From Amphiscolops sp. MND2022 (taxonomy: Eukaryota): a stretch of 64,000 bases of DNA. Where the stretch lies: the NCBI GenBank assembly GCA_964187785.1, contig OZ076409.1, positions 58,840,001-58,904,000 of the forward strand, given 5' to 3'. The notes beneath the pieces were generated by a model. The model saw only the letters and a list, made by a program, of their open reading frames with translations, was not told the DNA's origin and ran no database searches. How positions within the stretch are numbered: the first letter of the stretch is position 1; every line of letters starts with the position of its first letter. Positions 11,040 through 22,832 of this stretch are shown here, piece after piece. Made by a program: the position numbers and the translations under genes.

Positions 11040-13792
11040 TATCACTATTATTTCGGTTCAGTTTACGAATGCGATATATCCCATTTTCAAAAAGAAAAGC
11101 ATGCTTTTTCGTAGTCGCTGAAAAGTTAGAAAAGAACAGGGAATTCAGAGGACAATCATCTTTGAAATTCATCAAAATTTGTTGAATTTTGATTTTTTTT
11201 CCTCAAAATTTAATTAGAATGTATTATCAAAGGTTTTTAAACCTGTAAAATGGACTGTTTCTCTATGATTTCCTGGGTTTCAGTGGAACTTTGATTTGTT
11301 TATATGGGGCTTTGATTTTAAATGGGGCTTATTCATTCATGCACCTGCTCGGCGGTAGCCCTGCCAGTGTCGACTGTTTCAGTTGGCCAGCCAAGACTAA
11401 AAAAACTGAATTTTCCGAGGTTCTGATATGGATTTTGATGGACCTCGGATGTAATTTCACATTGATTTTCAACGAATCGTTCGTTTTTATAGGACTTTTT
11501 AGGCAGCTGCTCTGGTGGAACAAGACCCAAATTGTTTTTCTGATAGAATAAGATCTAAAATCACTGTATTTTGCTGAATTAGGGCCGAAAATTGTGTTTG
11601 TGATAGAATATCTAAAAACTTTGTATTTTGATGGAATAAGATCTAAACCACTGTATTTTGATGGAATAAGATCTAAAATCAGTGTATTTTGGTGGAAAAA
11701 GGCTATAATGATTTTCCTGATAGAATAAGATATAAAACCATGTATTTTGATGGAATTAGTCCCAAAATCACACTGGAAGGATACCATTTTGGGATTGTTA
11801 CTGATTTATTACCAGTGGAGCCATCGATGACCAGTGGTGTATTTATCAATTTCCACCGGTGACCACCGATGGAACATTCGGTGACCACCGGTGGCCACCG
11901 CAAAAGCTGCGGATGCCATCTCAGTGGTCCACAGGTGGAACTCCGGTGGATCATCGATGACCACCAGTGGACTGCGACTGGTTTCCAACTCGGGTAATTC
12001 CCTCTCTTTTGCTAAAATATAAAAACATTTATAGATTTATAGATTTGTAAGTTTATAACATGTTTCCTTGCAAGATCCCTAAATTTTCTAGCTTCAAAAA
12101 ATTAGTCTGCAAGCATCCACGAGACTGAAAATGAAGGCTCGACTAGGTTTAGTAATTTCAAGCTTCTCGACGTATCTAGAGAAATATCTCTCGAACCTCT
12201 GTTTTAAACGAAACTAGTCGGCTGTTAAATTTGACTACTTGACTCCTTTATCTCACGTTTCAACATTTTCTTAGAAAAAAAACGCTTTTGTTTGAAGATT
12301 TAATATGCGGACACTAAAACGGACAATTCGAACCGGACTTCGTTAAAGTGTTGTTTTGACTGCTTGTCTTTCAGTTCGCCTGTATTCGGAAACATCGGAT
12401 GTCTTTATATGGCTTGTATCTTCCAAGCTAGCTATAAATTTGCCTTTAGTCGGTACTTTCTTATTAGTGTTCGCGGATCTCACTGTCCCTAGGGTGATTT
12501 CGTCAGATGACAGATCTCACACTGAGTGATCCATTTGTACAGACCTTATTTGATCTAATATCTAGAAAACATCCAACGAAACCGATTTGAAGAATTCTCA
12601 TCTTTACGTTCATTTCAAAAACGCATGAAATCAAAAGGAGACCTTTTGATTTGTTTTTCAAAACTGCAACATTTTAAATGCTTTTTTGATTAGCCAAACA
12701 TCTTAGTTAGCAAACGCTTTTCTTCTGAAATCAAATACCTCTTTTGTCATTTTTTGGCATGGGAATTTTTACAGCTTTTCTAAAACAAACCCGATGTTTC
12801 AATGTTTGAAATGTAACAAAGAGGCCTCAAAATTAACTTTTTCATAAAAAAGAACGTGTAAATGGTTTTTCGTAGAATTTTTGAAAATTTTAGAGTATAT
12901 GTTACACAATCATAGAGATAAGAGACATTTTTTAGCAAACATACTACTTGGGAGACTCTTAATGCAAAAATGAAAAATTCCCAAAATAATTACTAAATCG
13001 AAACGGAAAGTGTCAACTTGTTTGACCGTGATAGTTTCATGATTTTTTTTCTGTCGATTTTTGGAATGCTTCATGGGTATGAGAAACCACAAACTTCAAC
13101 AACAAAAAATAGTTCACATAGACTACCTAGTCGGATTTTCATGACCTTGAATAATTCCCTTCGAAACCACAATTCCCATCCGATATTCGCTTGACCACTT
13201 GGCTACAACTATCGTACTGTCTCCCGAAGGTTGGGGGCTTAGACAAGTTGAACTGATCTTTCGTCGTCCACCCTGTGGAAATGGGAGAAACAAATGTTCC
13301 TCTTTGTTTTCAATATACGATTGTCAGATGCAACTGGTTCGCCATTTTTGAATATTCCGTGACTTTGAGTATGCTCAAAGCTCGAAAAAGTAGGGATAAA
13401 ATTAACTGAACGTGTCAAAAGTTCCTTTTAGGTTTTTTCTTGTAATTTTTAAAAACATTTTTGGACGTTTTTCTTGCTGTGACTATACCCTAAATGAGAC
13501 TGCTTGAACTTTTTACATGCTGCAGGCCTGCATGCAGGGTAAGTTTTTATAAAACCTAGAAAATTCGGTAAGCATCCTGTGTTAAATTTTGTAGATTTAC
13601 ACTGCATTCTCCACTACTGCAATTAAAGTTGAAAGTATTTCCCCTTTCTTTACTGACATGATCACGTTTGTGAATTCCCAAAGAACCCAAGAGCAAATAA
13701 CATAAAAAACAAAATTAGTTTCAAATAACAAAAATGAAACGAGTTTCACTAAACATGAAAATAAAATTGTTTACGAGAAAGTTTTACTGGTC
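11040..13792 (+). repeat. Tandem segmental duplication, copy 1 (period ~2773 bp)
   Basis: Near-identical to 13815-16565. ORF-track pairs 11291/14064 and 12910/15683 are offset by 2773. Confidence 0.95.
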
Positions 13793-13814
13793 TATCACTA
13801 TTTTTTTTCGGTTT

Positions 13815-16565
13815 TATCACTATATTTCGGTTCAGTTTACGAATGCGATATATCCCATTTTCAAAAAGAAAAGCATGCTTTTTCGTAGTCGCTGAAAAGT
13901 TAGAAAAGAACAGGGAATTCAGAGGACAATCATCTTTGAAATTCATCAAAATTTGTTGAATTTTGATTTTTTTTCTCAAAATTTAATTAGAATGTATTAT
14001 CAAAGGTTTTTAAACCTGTAAAATGGACTGTTTCTCTATGATTTCCTGGGTTTCAGTGGAACTTTGATTTGTTTATATGGGGCTTTGATTTTAAATGGGG
14101 CTTATTCATTCATGCACCTGCTCGGCGGTAGCCCTGCCAGTGTCGACTGTTTCAGTTGGCCAGCCAAGACTAAAAAAACTGAATTTTCCGAGGTTCTGAT
14201 ATGGATTTTGATGGACCTCGGATGTAATTTCACATTGATTTTCAACGAATCGTTCGTTTTTATAGGACTTTTTAGGCAGCTGCTCTGGTGGAACAAGACC
14301 CAAATTGTTTTTCTGATAGAGTAAGATCTAAAATCACTGTATTTTGCTGAATTAGGGCCGAAAATTGTGTTTGTGATAGAATATCTAAAAACTTTGTATT
14401 TTGATGGAATAAGATCTAAACCACTGTATTTTGATGGAATAAGATCTAAAATCAGTGTATTTTGGTGGAAAAAGGCTATAATGATTTTCCTGATAGAATA
14501 AGATATAAAACCATGTATTTTGATGGAATTAGTCCCAAAATCACACTGGAAGGATACCATTTTGGGATTGTTACTGATTTATTACCAGTGGAGCCATCGA
14601 TGACCAGTGGTGTATTTATCAATTTCCACCGGTGACCACCGATGGAACATTCGGTGACCACCGGTGGCCACCGCAAAAGCTGCGGATGCCATCTCAGTGG
14701 TCCACAGGTGGAACTCCTGTGGATCCTCGATGACCACCAGTGGACTGCGATTGGTTTCCAACTCGGGTAATTCCCTCTCTTTTGCTAAAATATAAAAACA
14801 TTTATAGATTTATAGATTTGTAAGTTTATAACATGTTTCCTTGCAAGATCCCTAAATTTTCTAGCTTCAAAAAATTACTCTGCAAGCATCCACGAGACTG
14901 AAAATGAAGGCTCGACTAGGTTTAGTAATTTCAAGCTTCTCGACGTATCTAGAGAAATATCTCTCGAACCTCTGTTTTAAACGAAACTAGTCGGCTGTTA
15001 AATTTGACTACTTGACTCCTTTATCTCACGTTTCAACATTTTCTTAGAAAAAAAACGCTTTTGTTTGAAGATTTAATATGCGGACACTAAAACGGACAAT
15101 TCGAACCGGACTTCGTGAAAGTGTTGTTTTGACTGCTTGTCTTTCAGTTCGCCTGTATTCGGAAACATCGGATGTCTTTATATGGCTTGTATCTTCCAAG
15201 CTAGCTATAAATTTGCCTTTAGTCGGTACTTTCTTATTAGTGTTCGCGGATCTCACTGTCCCTAGGGTGATCTCGTCAGATGACAGATCTCACACTGAGT
15301 GATCCATTTGTACAGACCTTATTTGATCTAATATCTAGAAAACATCCAACGAAACCGATTTGAAGAATTCTCATCTTTACGTTCATTTCAAAAACGCATG
15401 AAATCAAAAGGAGACCTTTTGATTTGTTTTTCAAAACTGCAACATTTTAAATGCTTTTTTGATTAGCCAAACATCTTAGTTAGCAAACGCTTTTCTTCTG
15501 AAATCAAATACCTCTTTTGTCATTTTTTGGCATGGGAATTTTTACAGCTTTTCTAAAACAAACCCGATGTTTCAATGTTTGAAATGTAACAAAGAGGCCT
15601 CAAAATTAACTTTTTCATAAAAAAGAACGTGTAAATGGTTTTTCGTAGAATTTTTGAAAATTTTAGAGTATATGTTACACAATCATAGAGATAAGAGACA
15701 TTTTTTAGCAAACATACTACTTGGGAGACTCTTAATGCAAAAATGAAAAATTCCCAAAATAATTACTAAATCGAAACGGAAAGTGTCAACTTGTTTGACG
15801 GTGATAGTTTCATGATTTTTTTTCTGTCGATTTTTGGAATGCTTCATGGGTATGAGAAACCACAAACTTCAACAACAAAAAATAGTTCACATAGACTACC
15901 TAGTCGGATTTTCATGACCTTGAATAATTCCCTTCGAAACCACAATTCCCATCCGATATTCGCTTGACCACTTGGCTACAACTATCGTACTGTCTCCCGA
16001 AGGTTGGGGGCTTAGACAAGTTGAACTGATCTTTCGTCGTCCACCCTGTGGAAATGGGAGAAACAAATGTTCCTCTTTGTTTTCAATATACGATTGTCAG
16101 ATGCAACTGGTTCGCCATTTTTGAATATTCCGTGACTTTGAGTATGCTCAAAGCTCGAAAAAGTAGGGATAAAATTAACTGAACGTGTCAAAAGTTCCTT
16201 TTAGGTTTTTTCTTGTAATTTTTAAAAACATTTTTGGACGTTTTTCTTGCTGTGACTATACCCTAAATGAGACTGCTTGAACTTTTTACATGCTGCAGGC
16301 CTGCATGCAGGGTAAGTTTTTATAAAACCTAGAAAATTCGGTAAGCATCCTGTGTTAAATTTTGTAGATTTACACTGCATTCTCCACTACTGCAATTAAA
16401 GTTGAAAGTATTTCCCCTTTCTTTACTGACATGATCACGTTTGTGAATTCCCAAAGAACCCAAGAGCAAATAACATAAAAAACAAAATTAGTTTCAAATA
16501 ACAAAAATGAAACGAGTTTCACTAAACATGAAAATAAAATTGTTTACGAGAAAGTTTTACTGGTC
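13815..16565 (+). repeat. Tandem segmental duplication, copy 2
   Basis: As copy 1, with roughly ten scattered substitutions/indels (e.g. GAATAAG/GAGTAAG, CGTTAAA/CGTGAAA, GACCGTG/GACGGTG). Confidence 0.95.
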
Positions 16566-16725
16566 AAAATTTTTCATAATTAGGAAAATTCACTGAAAAA
16601 AGTATAAAGATTACAAATAAAATTTCGCGAGTTCGATTGTTTAACCGGGTATTCATTCGGTTCTATTTTTATGTTGTTTGAAACTAATTTTGTTTTTATG
16701 TTATTTGCTCCTATGTTATTTGGTA
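16446..16725. mobile_element. MITE with long imperfect TIRs
   Basis: GAGCAAATAACATAAAAAACAAAATTAGTTTCAAA is inverted to TTTGAAACTAATTTTGTTTTTATGTTATTTGCTC. Only the left arm is present in duplication copy 1 (13673-13792). Confidence 0.65.
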
Positions 16726-17368
16726 CGTAATCGATCACGTTGTATTCCCATATTAATTTCTCAACTACTCATCCGATTTAATCACCGCTGCTCAAACAGG
16801 ACGCTAAAAATGACCTTGTTTGTTGTTTACATTGTGAATGAAGTTAATTTGCATTAAAATGGCGGCAAACTTGTTGACGTCTCAGATGCATTTAAAATTA
16901 GGACTGATGCATAACAAAACCTGCCGAACTTCACGGCTTGAAATTGCCACCAAAACGTTGATGATTCTTTCAAGCAGCTTGATAAAATTGATGACAACAG
17001 GAAAATAAGTATTAACGGATTAGAGTTTCCGTAAGAGATTTAGAAAATCATTGAAAAAGTTGCTGGCAACTTTAAAGAACTTATAAAAAGCTCAAGCAAG
17101 TTCAACAAGGGTACCAAATGCTCAATAATGGAACCAATAGTCACTTAGCATACTTCTAGTTTTCAAATAAAAAGCGATAAAATGTACCTAAAAATTCAAC
17201 GTTCTCTAATTTTTAAATTTTTGAAACTGCAGTTTTTGATTATTAGGCGGGGCGTTGACTTGCCTCTTTCTCGGCTTTTTGCGATTTTGTGATGAGCTCG
17301 AAGCTTCTAATGTAACGCCATCGCCTACCGGGAAAAGCTCAAGACGTGGCCATCGATCACTGTGGTCA

Positions 17369-17373
<5 letters not shown>

Positions 17374-17404
<31 letters not shown>
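17374..17404. repeat. (AG)n microsatellite
   Basis: About 15 AG units. Confidence 0.95.
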
Positions 17405-17406
<2 letters not shown>

Positions 17407-18264
17407 TTAAAAAGAGATGTTTTGTTTTGATTTTTGGTTGATTTAATTTTTTCTTTCATTCAATTGCAAGTATTCTTTTTTGTGAAAATTTAAAACGTTT
17501 TTCGTCAAAATATATTGAAGAAAAAGATGTCTTGAAATGAGATTCAACTTTTATTTTTTGAATTGTCCTTCAATCGAAAATTCTATTTCTCAATTAGGGA
17601 GACAAGTTTGACCGAACTTTGATGCTCTGAGTACCCATTTATAGAATTTGAAAGTTAAACAAGTCAATCCGTCTTGGTATCAACAGCTTTTGTACATTAA
17701 TGGCCGAACTTTCTATTTGTAGCAGTACATGTAGTTTAATTTTTGTCATAAATCAATCTTTAAATAAATTTTCCTTAATTTTTGTTTATAGCTTGTTGGA
17801 ATTCTAATTTCACGCTTCATTTTGAAGATGTTTTGAACTATGGGTGAATACGGATTGAAGAAAATTCATGAAATGATTAAACATTTTCTTGACAATTTTC
17901 GACTTAACGAGAGCACTTTAAATGCTGTGAAGAATGAGAATTAATTAACTTAGAATTGCTATCATGAAGTAATTCTAAGCTCGGTGTATGCCAGGGCGAT
18001 ATTGGCTTGAGTTTCTTGGTTCACTTCAATGAAAGCTGTCGATCAAATTGGCTTCAAGATGTGTGAAAAATTCTCGACTTGAGATTTGAATTAGTGCGCA
18101 TTATTTTTTTTGTACACAATTTTACAGGTCAAAATACAGCTGCTAATTTTCTGTTTGAATGTTTCTTCAAATCTTATGAGTACCATAATGGAACTGTTGT
18201 ACAGTGATATACCGTGTCCGATTTTATCCGGTAAACAGTCAATCAAAGAACTAAAAGGTCACTA

Positions 18265-18480
18265 CCCTGGTTGACAATAAATACAATTCTTGCAAGATTC
18301 TTGCAAGATCTTTACAAAAAATATAAATCTTGCAAGATTCTGGCAGAAAATACATTTCTTGCAAGAACCTGACAAGAAATTTCTTGCAAGAATACTTTTT
18401 CTGTCAGATTCTTGCAAGAAATACATCAAACCAAGAGCAAACTTTTTTGTCAAAAATTCACTAAAAATGACCAACAGGGG
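18265..18480. mobile_element. Small CTTGCAAG-type MITE (CCCTGGTTGA ... CCAACAGGG)
   Basis: CCC/GGG ends and TCTTGCAAGA arrays. Related fragments end TCAACAGGG (~272), TCAACTAGGG (19447) and TCAACCTGGG (32900). Confidence 0.65.
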
Positions 18481-19885
18481 CATCGGAGAATTTCTTGACC
18501 ATTTTCGCCTCTAGGAAGAGACAAACACAGACACAATCACAGCCGAAAGATTCCTTTCTTGGATAAATGGCGCTTTAGGAGCAAATGAACCCAGAAGTTA
18601 CAGTTACTAAGTTTTCATACAGTTAACTTTTCCAAGAAAAAAGCACGGCTCCTGCAGTGACTAGTTTTTTTTCCAGTTCCTTTTGATCGGTGCACTAAAA
18701 AACAAAAAAAAACAATGAAACTCACAAAACTCGGAGTTAGGTGAAAATTGCAAAATTCACCGCCACCAAGATTTCGAAAAAGTACCAACGAACCTGTTTT
18801 TGACCACTTTTTCAAAAAATACAAGGGAAGGCTGATTTATACCGTGGAAACTCTCAATCTCAACTCAATTACAGTTAGCCCAATCCGGTGCATGTTGGCT
18901 TTTATAGCTCTTGCAAGATATGTATTTTTTCAGCTAGGAAACCTTCAAATCGACAAGAAAATTAGAATCATTTCCGCAAGTGTTTATCTGCAGTTTCTAA
19001 TGTCTATTGATTGTGTTGTGGGTAAAAATCGAGCCATTTTCTGTTAATTGATTTACTATGTTATAAGTTATTGAATTTCAATTTTGAGTTTACCTATAGC
19101 AATTATTGCTTCAAAGTATAATAGTGTAATGGCTCTCTTTCTTTTTCGTTTGACATTCCAAAAAATTGCCATACGGTTGTCTTTCTGTCAAACTAGAATT
19201 CAAAGGTACATGGCTGAAGCATGGTACGAGGACTTTTTGGAACATGCTGAACAACAATGTAGAAATTGCATATCTTGCAAGAATCTTGCAAGAGAAATGT
19301 TTGTTTTGCAAGCATCTTGCATGCTGAAGTTTCATCTTGCAGGAATCTTCCAAGTTGAGAAACCTGCCAGAAAAATGCATTACCTTGCAAGATCTTGCAA
19401 GACATCTTGCGAAATTCTTGCAAGGTTTGCATTTTTTTCAACTAGGGTACCAACTAGAACTTAAAGATTCTATTTTCTCTTTATATACATATTTGTGAAC
19501 TTCGTGTAGCGTATTAGATTTAGCTCAGAAATATTTGCTCCAATTTGTGTCACATTATTCAATTGGTAAAATACCGATCTTAAAAAAAATCGCTCCTTTC
19601 TCCATAACCAATTCGAATTAGAACCGGAACTATTTTGGATCGCGGAAAATGTTTACTTTGAATATGTTGCTAATTAAGGTTGATCAGAACATTCAGCAAG
19701 CTGATTAAGGGCGACTAGAACATTCAGGAAGCTCATCAGCAAGAAGAGAGTTAGGTGTGATTCAGTATAGTTCACTAAAAACCCCATTCATTTTCTTTTT
19801 CAAATAAAATCAAAAGAACCGAGTTACAGTCGAAACAATGAAGGTTGAAGAGTCTTTTTCTGGGATCATCCTGGGATGTATCATT

Positions 19886-19975
19886 ATCTCAGCAAAGGAA
19901 ATTTTAACCTAGATTTTTTCACTGTAACTCGAGTTACAGTGGAAAAATCTAGGTTAAAATTTCCTTTATTGAGAT
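19886..19975. repeat. 90-bp loop-less palindrome centred on CTC|GAG
   Basis: Base-by-base pairing gives 42 of 45 Watson-Crick pairs. Confidence 0.9.
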
Positions 19976-20100
19976 CACGGTGATCGGATCTTTTCCCAAT
20001 CTCTTGAAATAAATTGTAATTATTACTAAAAACAGCTAAATTTACCTCGTTTTTGTGAAACAAGAAGGAACGCCGATGAGACAAACAAATGGAAATTTTA

Positions 20101-20463
20101 AAACAGGCCAGGAACGGCCCAAGTCGGCGCCATATCTAAGGCTCAAAAATAGCAAAAGGACTTCAAAATGTCTAAGTATTGGAGAATTGGGGACCCTTTA
20201 TTGAAAAAATTTGAAAAAAAGTCTCACAGAGCCGAAAATACTCTAAGGGAGTACCCTTCGGCCCCGTAGCGTTTCTAAGATGATGTAAAATTGCTTCGCA
20301 AGCTTTTGAAAAAGTAAAAGTACTTCGCAAGCAAGAATTCATGACTCATGAAAATTGTAAGAGAAGTGGACCATTAAGAGTGAGATTGTCAGCTGGAAAA
20401 AAACTACCCTCTGCAATAGTCGGGCTGGCTTTTTTCCTCAAGAGAAAAAGCGCCGACTAAAAA
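20101..20463 (-). mobile_element. Helentron/DINE-1-like element, second subfamily
   Basis: AAACAGGCC-AGGAAC-GGCC hairpin plus AAGTCGGCGC at one end; AGTCGGGC...AGCGCCGACTAAAAA at the other. Confidence 0.7.
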
Positions 20464-20504
20464 TTTGCATTTTCTGCTCTAACTGAATTTGCAACGCTAT
20501 AGTT

Positions 20505-21051
20505 TGTAACTGCTTGAACTTTTTACATGTTTTTGTAGGTTACCAAGCAAATTTTCCATGATTTTATAAAATTCTCAAAGAAACCTCCATGAATTAAAAC
20601 TTTACTGATTCGATTTAATTTTATCAAGCTGCCTATAAGATGCATGCTAAATTTGGCGGCAATTCTGCGCCGCAAAGTTTTGCAGGTTTCATAAAGACGC
20701 CGTTCTAATTTTGAAAGCAGCTGAGACCTTCATCAATTTTACCACGGTTTCAATGCGAATAATTTTCAGTCACTTTATAATTTTCAAAGTAGCGTCATAT
20801 TCAGCGTGCTATTTGACTAATGGTGTTTACATAAGGTACTTACTTGAGAAACTTGAGAAACCGCGTGAAAACAAGGTGATCGCGGTGGTGAAGAAGTGGA
20901 AATGTTTTCAGTTTTAACTCAAATAGTGAAAGCTGCATAGTAATACTACAAAATCTTTCCATGCATGGTCCCTGAATTTTCCATGTTTTATAAAAAATTA
21001 GCCGGCATTTTTTGAAGGTGCCTGTAAAACTTCGCGGCAACTTTGACTAGG
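20505..21051 (+). mobile_element. MITE copy, inverted relative to 27759-28308
   Basis: Reverse-complement similarity throughout (e.g. AAAGTAGCGTCATATTCAGCGTGCTATTTGACTAA); ends TTGACTAGGG. Confidence 0.75.
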
Positions 21052-22688
21052 GTATGAAGCTCGAGAGTCGTTAATAAACTAAAAACTTGCACAAAAATTT
21101 CGCCACTTTTTGGGCAATCTTACACTTTCAAAGTTTTTGCAAAAAAATTAACCAACTTCTTTGTTGTTGAGTTCTGCGGATACTCACACCACAAAAATCC
21201 GATCTTACAAATCGATTGCATGGAACAGTAGGTAATTCCGAAGGAAAAAGTTCGATTCCCCTTTTCCACGGGACGCTGGTCGAATATTCAAGTCTGTTTT
21301 TTCTGAAACGGCCCCTTTTTGGTTATCCCCAAAGCAAGCTACCATTCCATGACTACAATCAAGTAGTCAACGATCGTAGGCTTGAGGTTGAACAAAAATT
21401 GAATGGTGTTTATGATGTTTATAACGCAACAATAGTGAACTGAAAAAAATTTGATAGAGTCCGCGCCAACACAGATCTAATACCCTAACAACTACATCAT
21501 GATCCCCAGGAACTAAGTCTTTGAACTTCTTTTTTGGTTCGTTTCACGCATTTTCCAGAAAAAAAACTCCTTGACAAATGTAGGCCGTGTAGCTCAATGT
21601 CTCGGCTATCAACTTCTGCATCGTTTAATCCAAAGAAGAAACATCATGAAAATTGACTGACATGCATTGAACAATCGGAGAAAATGGGCACCCTTTGGTT
21701 CCTTTCACGCATTCCTTTCGATGAAAACTGAAGGTTCAAACAAAAAAATTATGCTTTTATTCTCAAGTTTCCATTTTTGAACTCTGGTGTTGCTCATCCA
21801 AAGACTTTATTCGAAATTAGCTAAGAACAACGGGTTAAAAAATATTTAGCTATTTTTAGACATTGTTCAGCATTTTAAAAAATATAACCATCGATAAAAT
21901 TCTCTCTTTTGCTGAAGAAATGATTTTGTCTTCGAAGTTCTTGAAAAACTCATGCCCAACAAAACGTTCGAAAAGTGTGAAAATATATGAAACTCGCCGA
22001 AGTTTGGTAACGTTTTTTCTATATGCATTGAGGACTTTTCTGAAACAAAAAATTTTGCTTTCTCTTTTCGATAGCGTTTTCCGTCATTAAACTGGGTAGA
22101 CGTTCAAATGCACAAAGATTTTCAAAAAGTTTAAATTGCCAGTTCATTTGAAATGTTCAGTCAATTAGTTGTTATTTCGTGGCGTTTGCAACAAAAGAAC
22201 AAGTAGTTCACTTCAGTGGACGTTCATTCCCACAAAAACAATCAACGAGTGAATAGAATTTGCTCGAAACCGTCAAAAATAGAAATTTTGAGAAATTTCG
22301 TTTTTTGATGGACATTGGAGTCTTTTAAAGACGAGTTACCGTATCTTTTCATTCAAAAAGTATGCAAAGTAATTTTTTGTGATAAAACACTGTGAATGAT
22401 AAAATTCATTGGACTACAATTTAAGGAACCAATCTTAGTTGATTCAATGTCAACTTTCTAATAGTGAAAAAATATTGGGACCTTGTGAGTTGCGACCCCA
22501 CAATCCGTTGCACTCTGATTGATTTGGTACTCAGCTGTAAACCCCTGAGCTACCAAGTCCACACTACTAAGAGTCTTACTTACTCTCTTGAACTTGAACT
22601 TCCGTATATAAACTTTCTGTTGATAACATTTTACAAAAATGCATGAAACTGTCAAAACTTGCTGAAAAAGTGCGTTCATACTTTAGAC

Positions 22689-22832
22689 ATTTTGAGGTCC
22701 ACTGAAGTTGAGACACACTTGGACTTTTACTTTAGAAAACGAAGCAGATTATTAGTTTTGTAGAAGCAGATTATTTTGAGGTCCACTGAAGTTGAGACAC
22801 ACTTGGACTTTTACTTTACAAAACGAAGCAGA
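22689..22832 (+). repeat. 60-bp direct duplication with a short templated spacer
   Basis: ATTTTGAGGTCCACTGAAG...AAACGAAGCAGA occurs at 22689-22748 and 22773-22832. Confidence 0.9.

Noticed and set aside
11291..11954. ORFs of 65-152 aa, repeated at 14064-14676
   Set aside because: They are translations of minisatellite/MITE sequence and recur only because of the tandem duplication.
11040..16565. Assembly artefact as the explanation for the 2.77-kb duplication
   Set aside because: Scattered SNPs and a templated junction insert favour a real event, though this is not excluded without reads.
17810..18530. Possible decayed hAT transposase C-terminus
   Set aside because: Only vague peptide resemblance, with no clear motif or TIR/TSD.
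21582..21610. GGCCGTGTAGCTCAATG, a tRNA-like start
   Set aside because: No B-box or cloverleaf follows.
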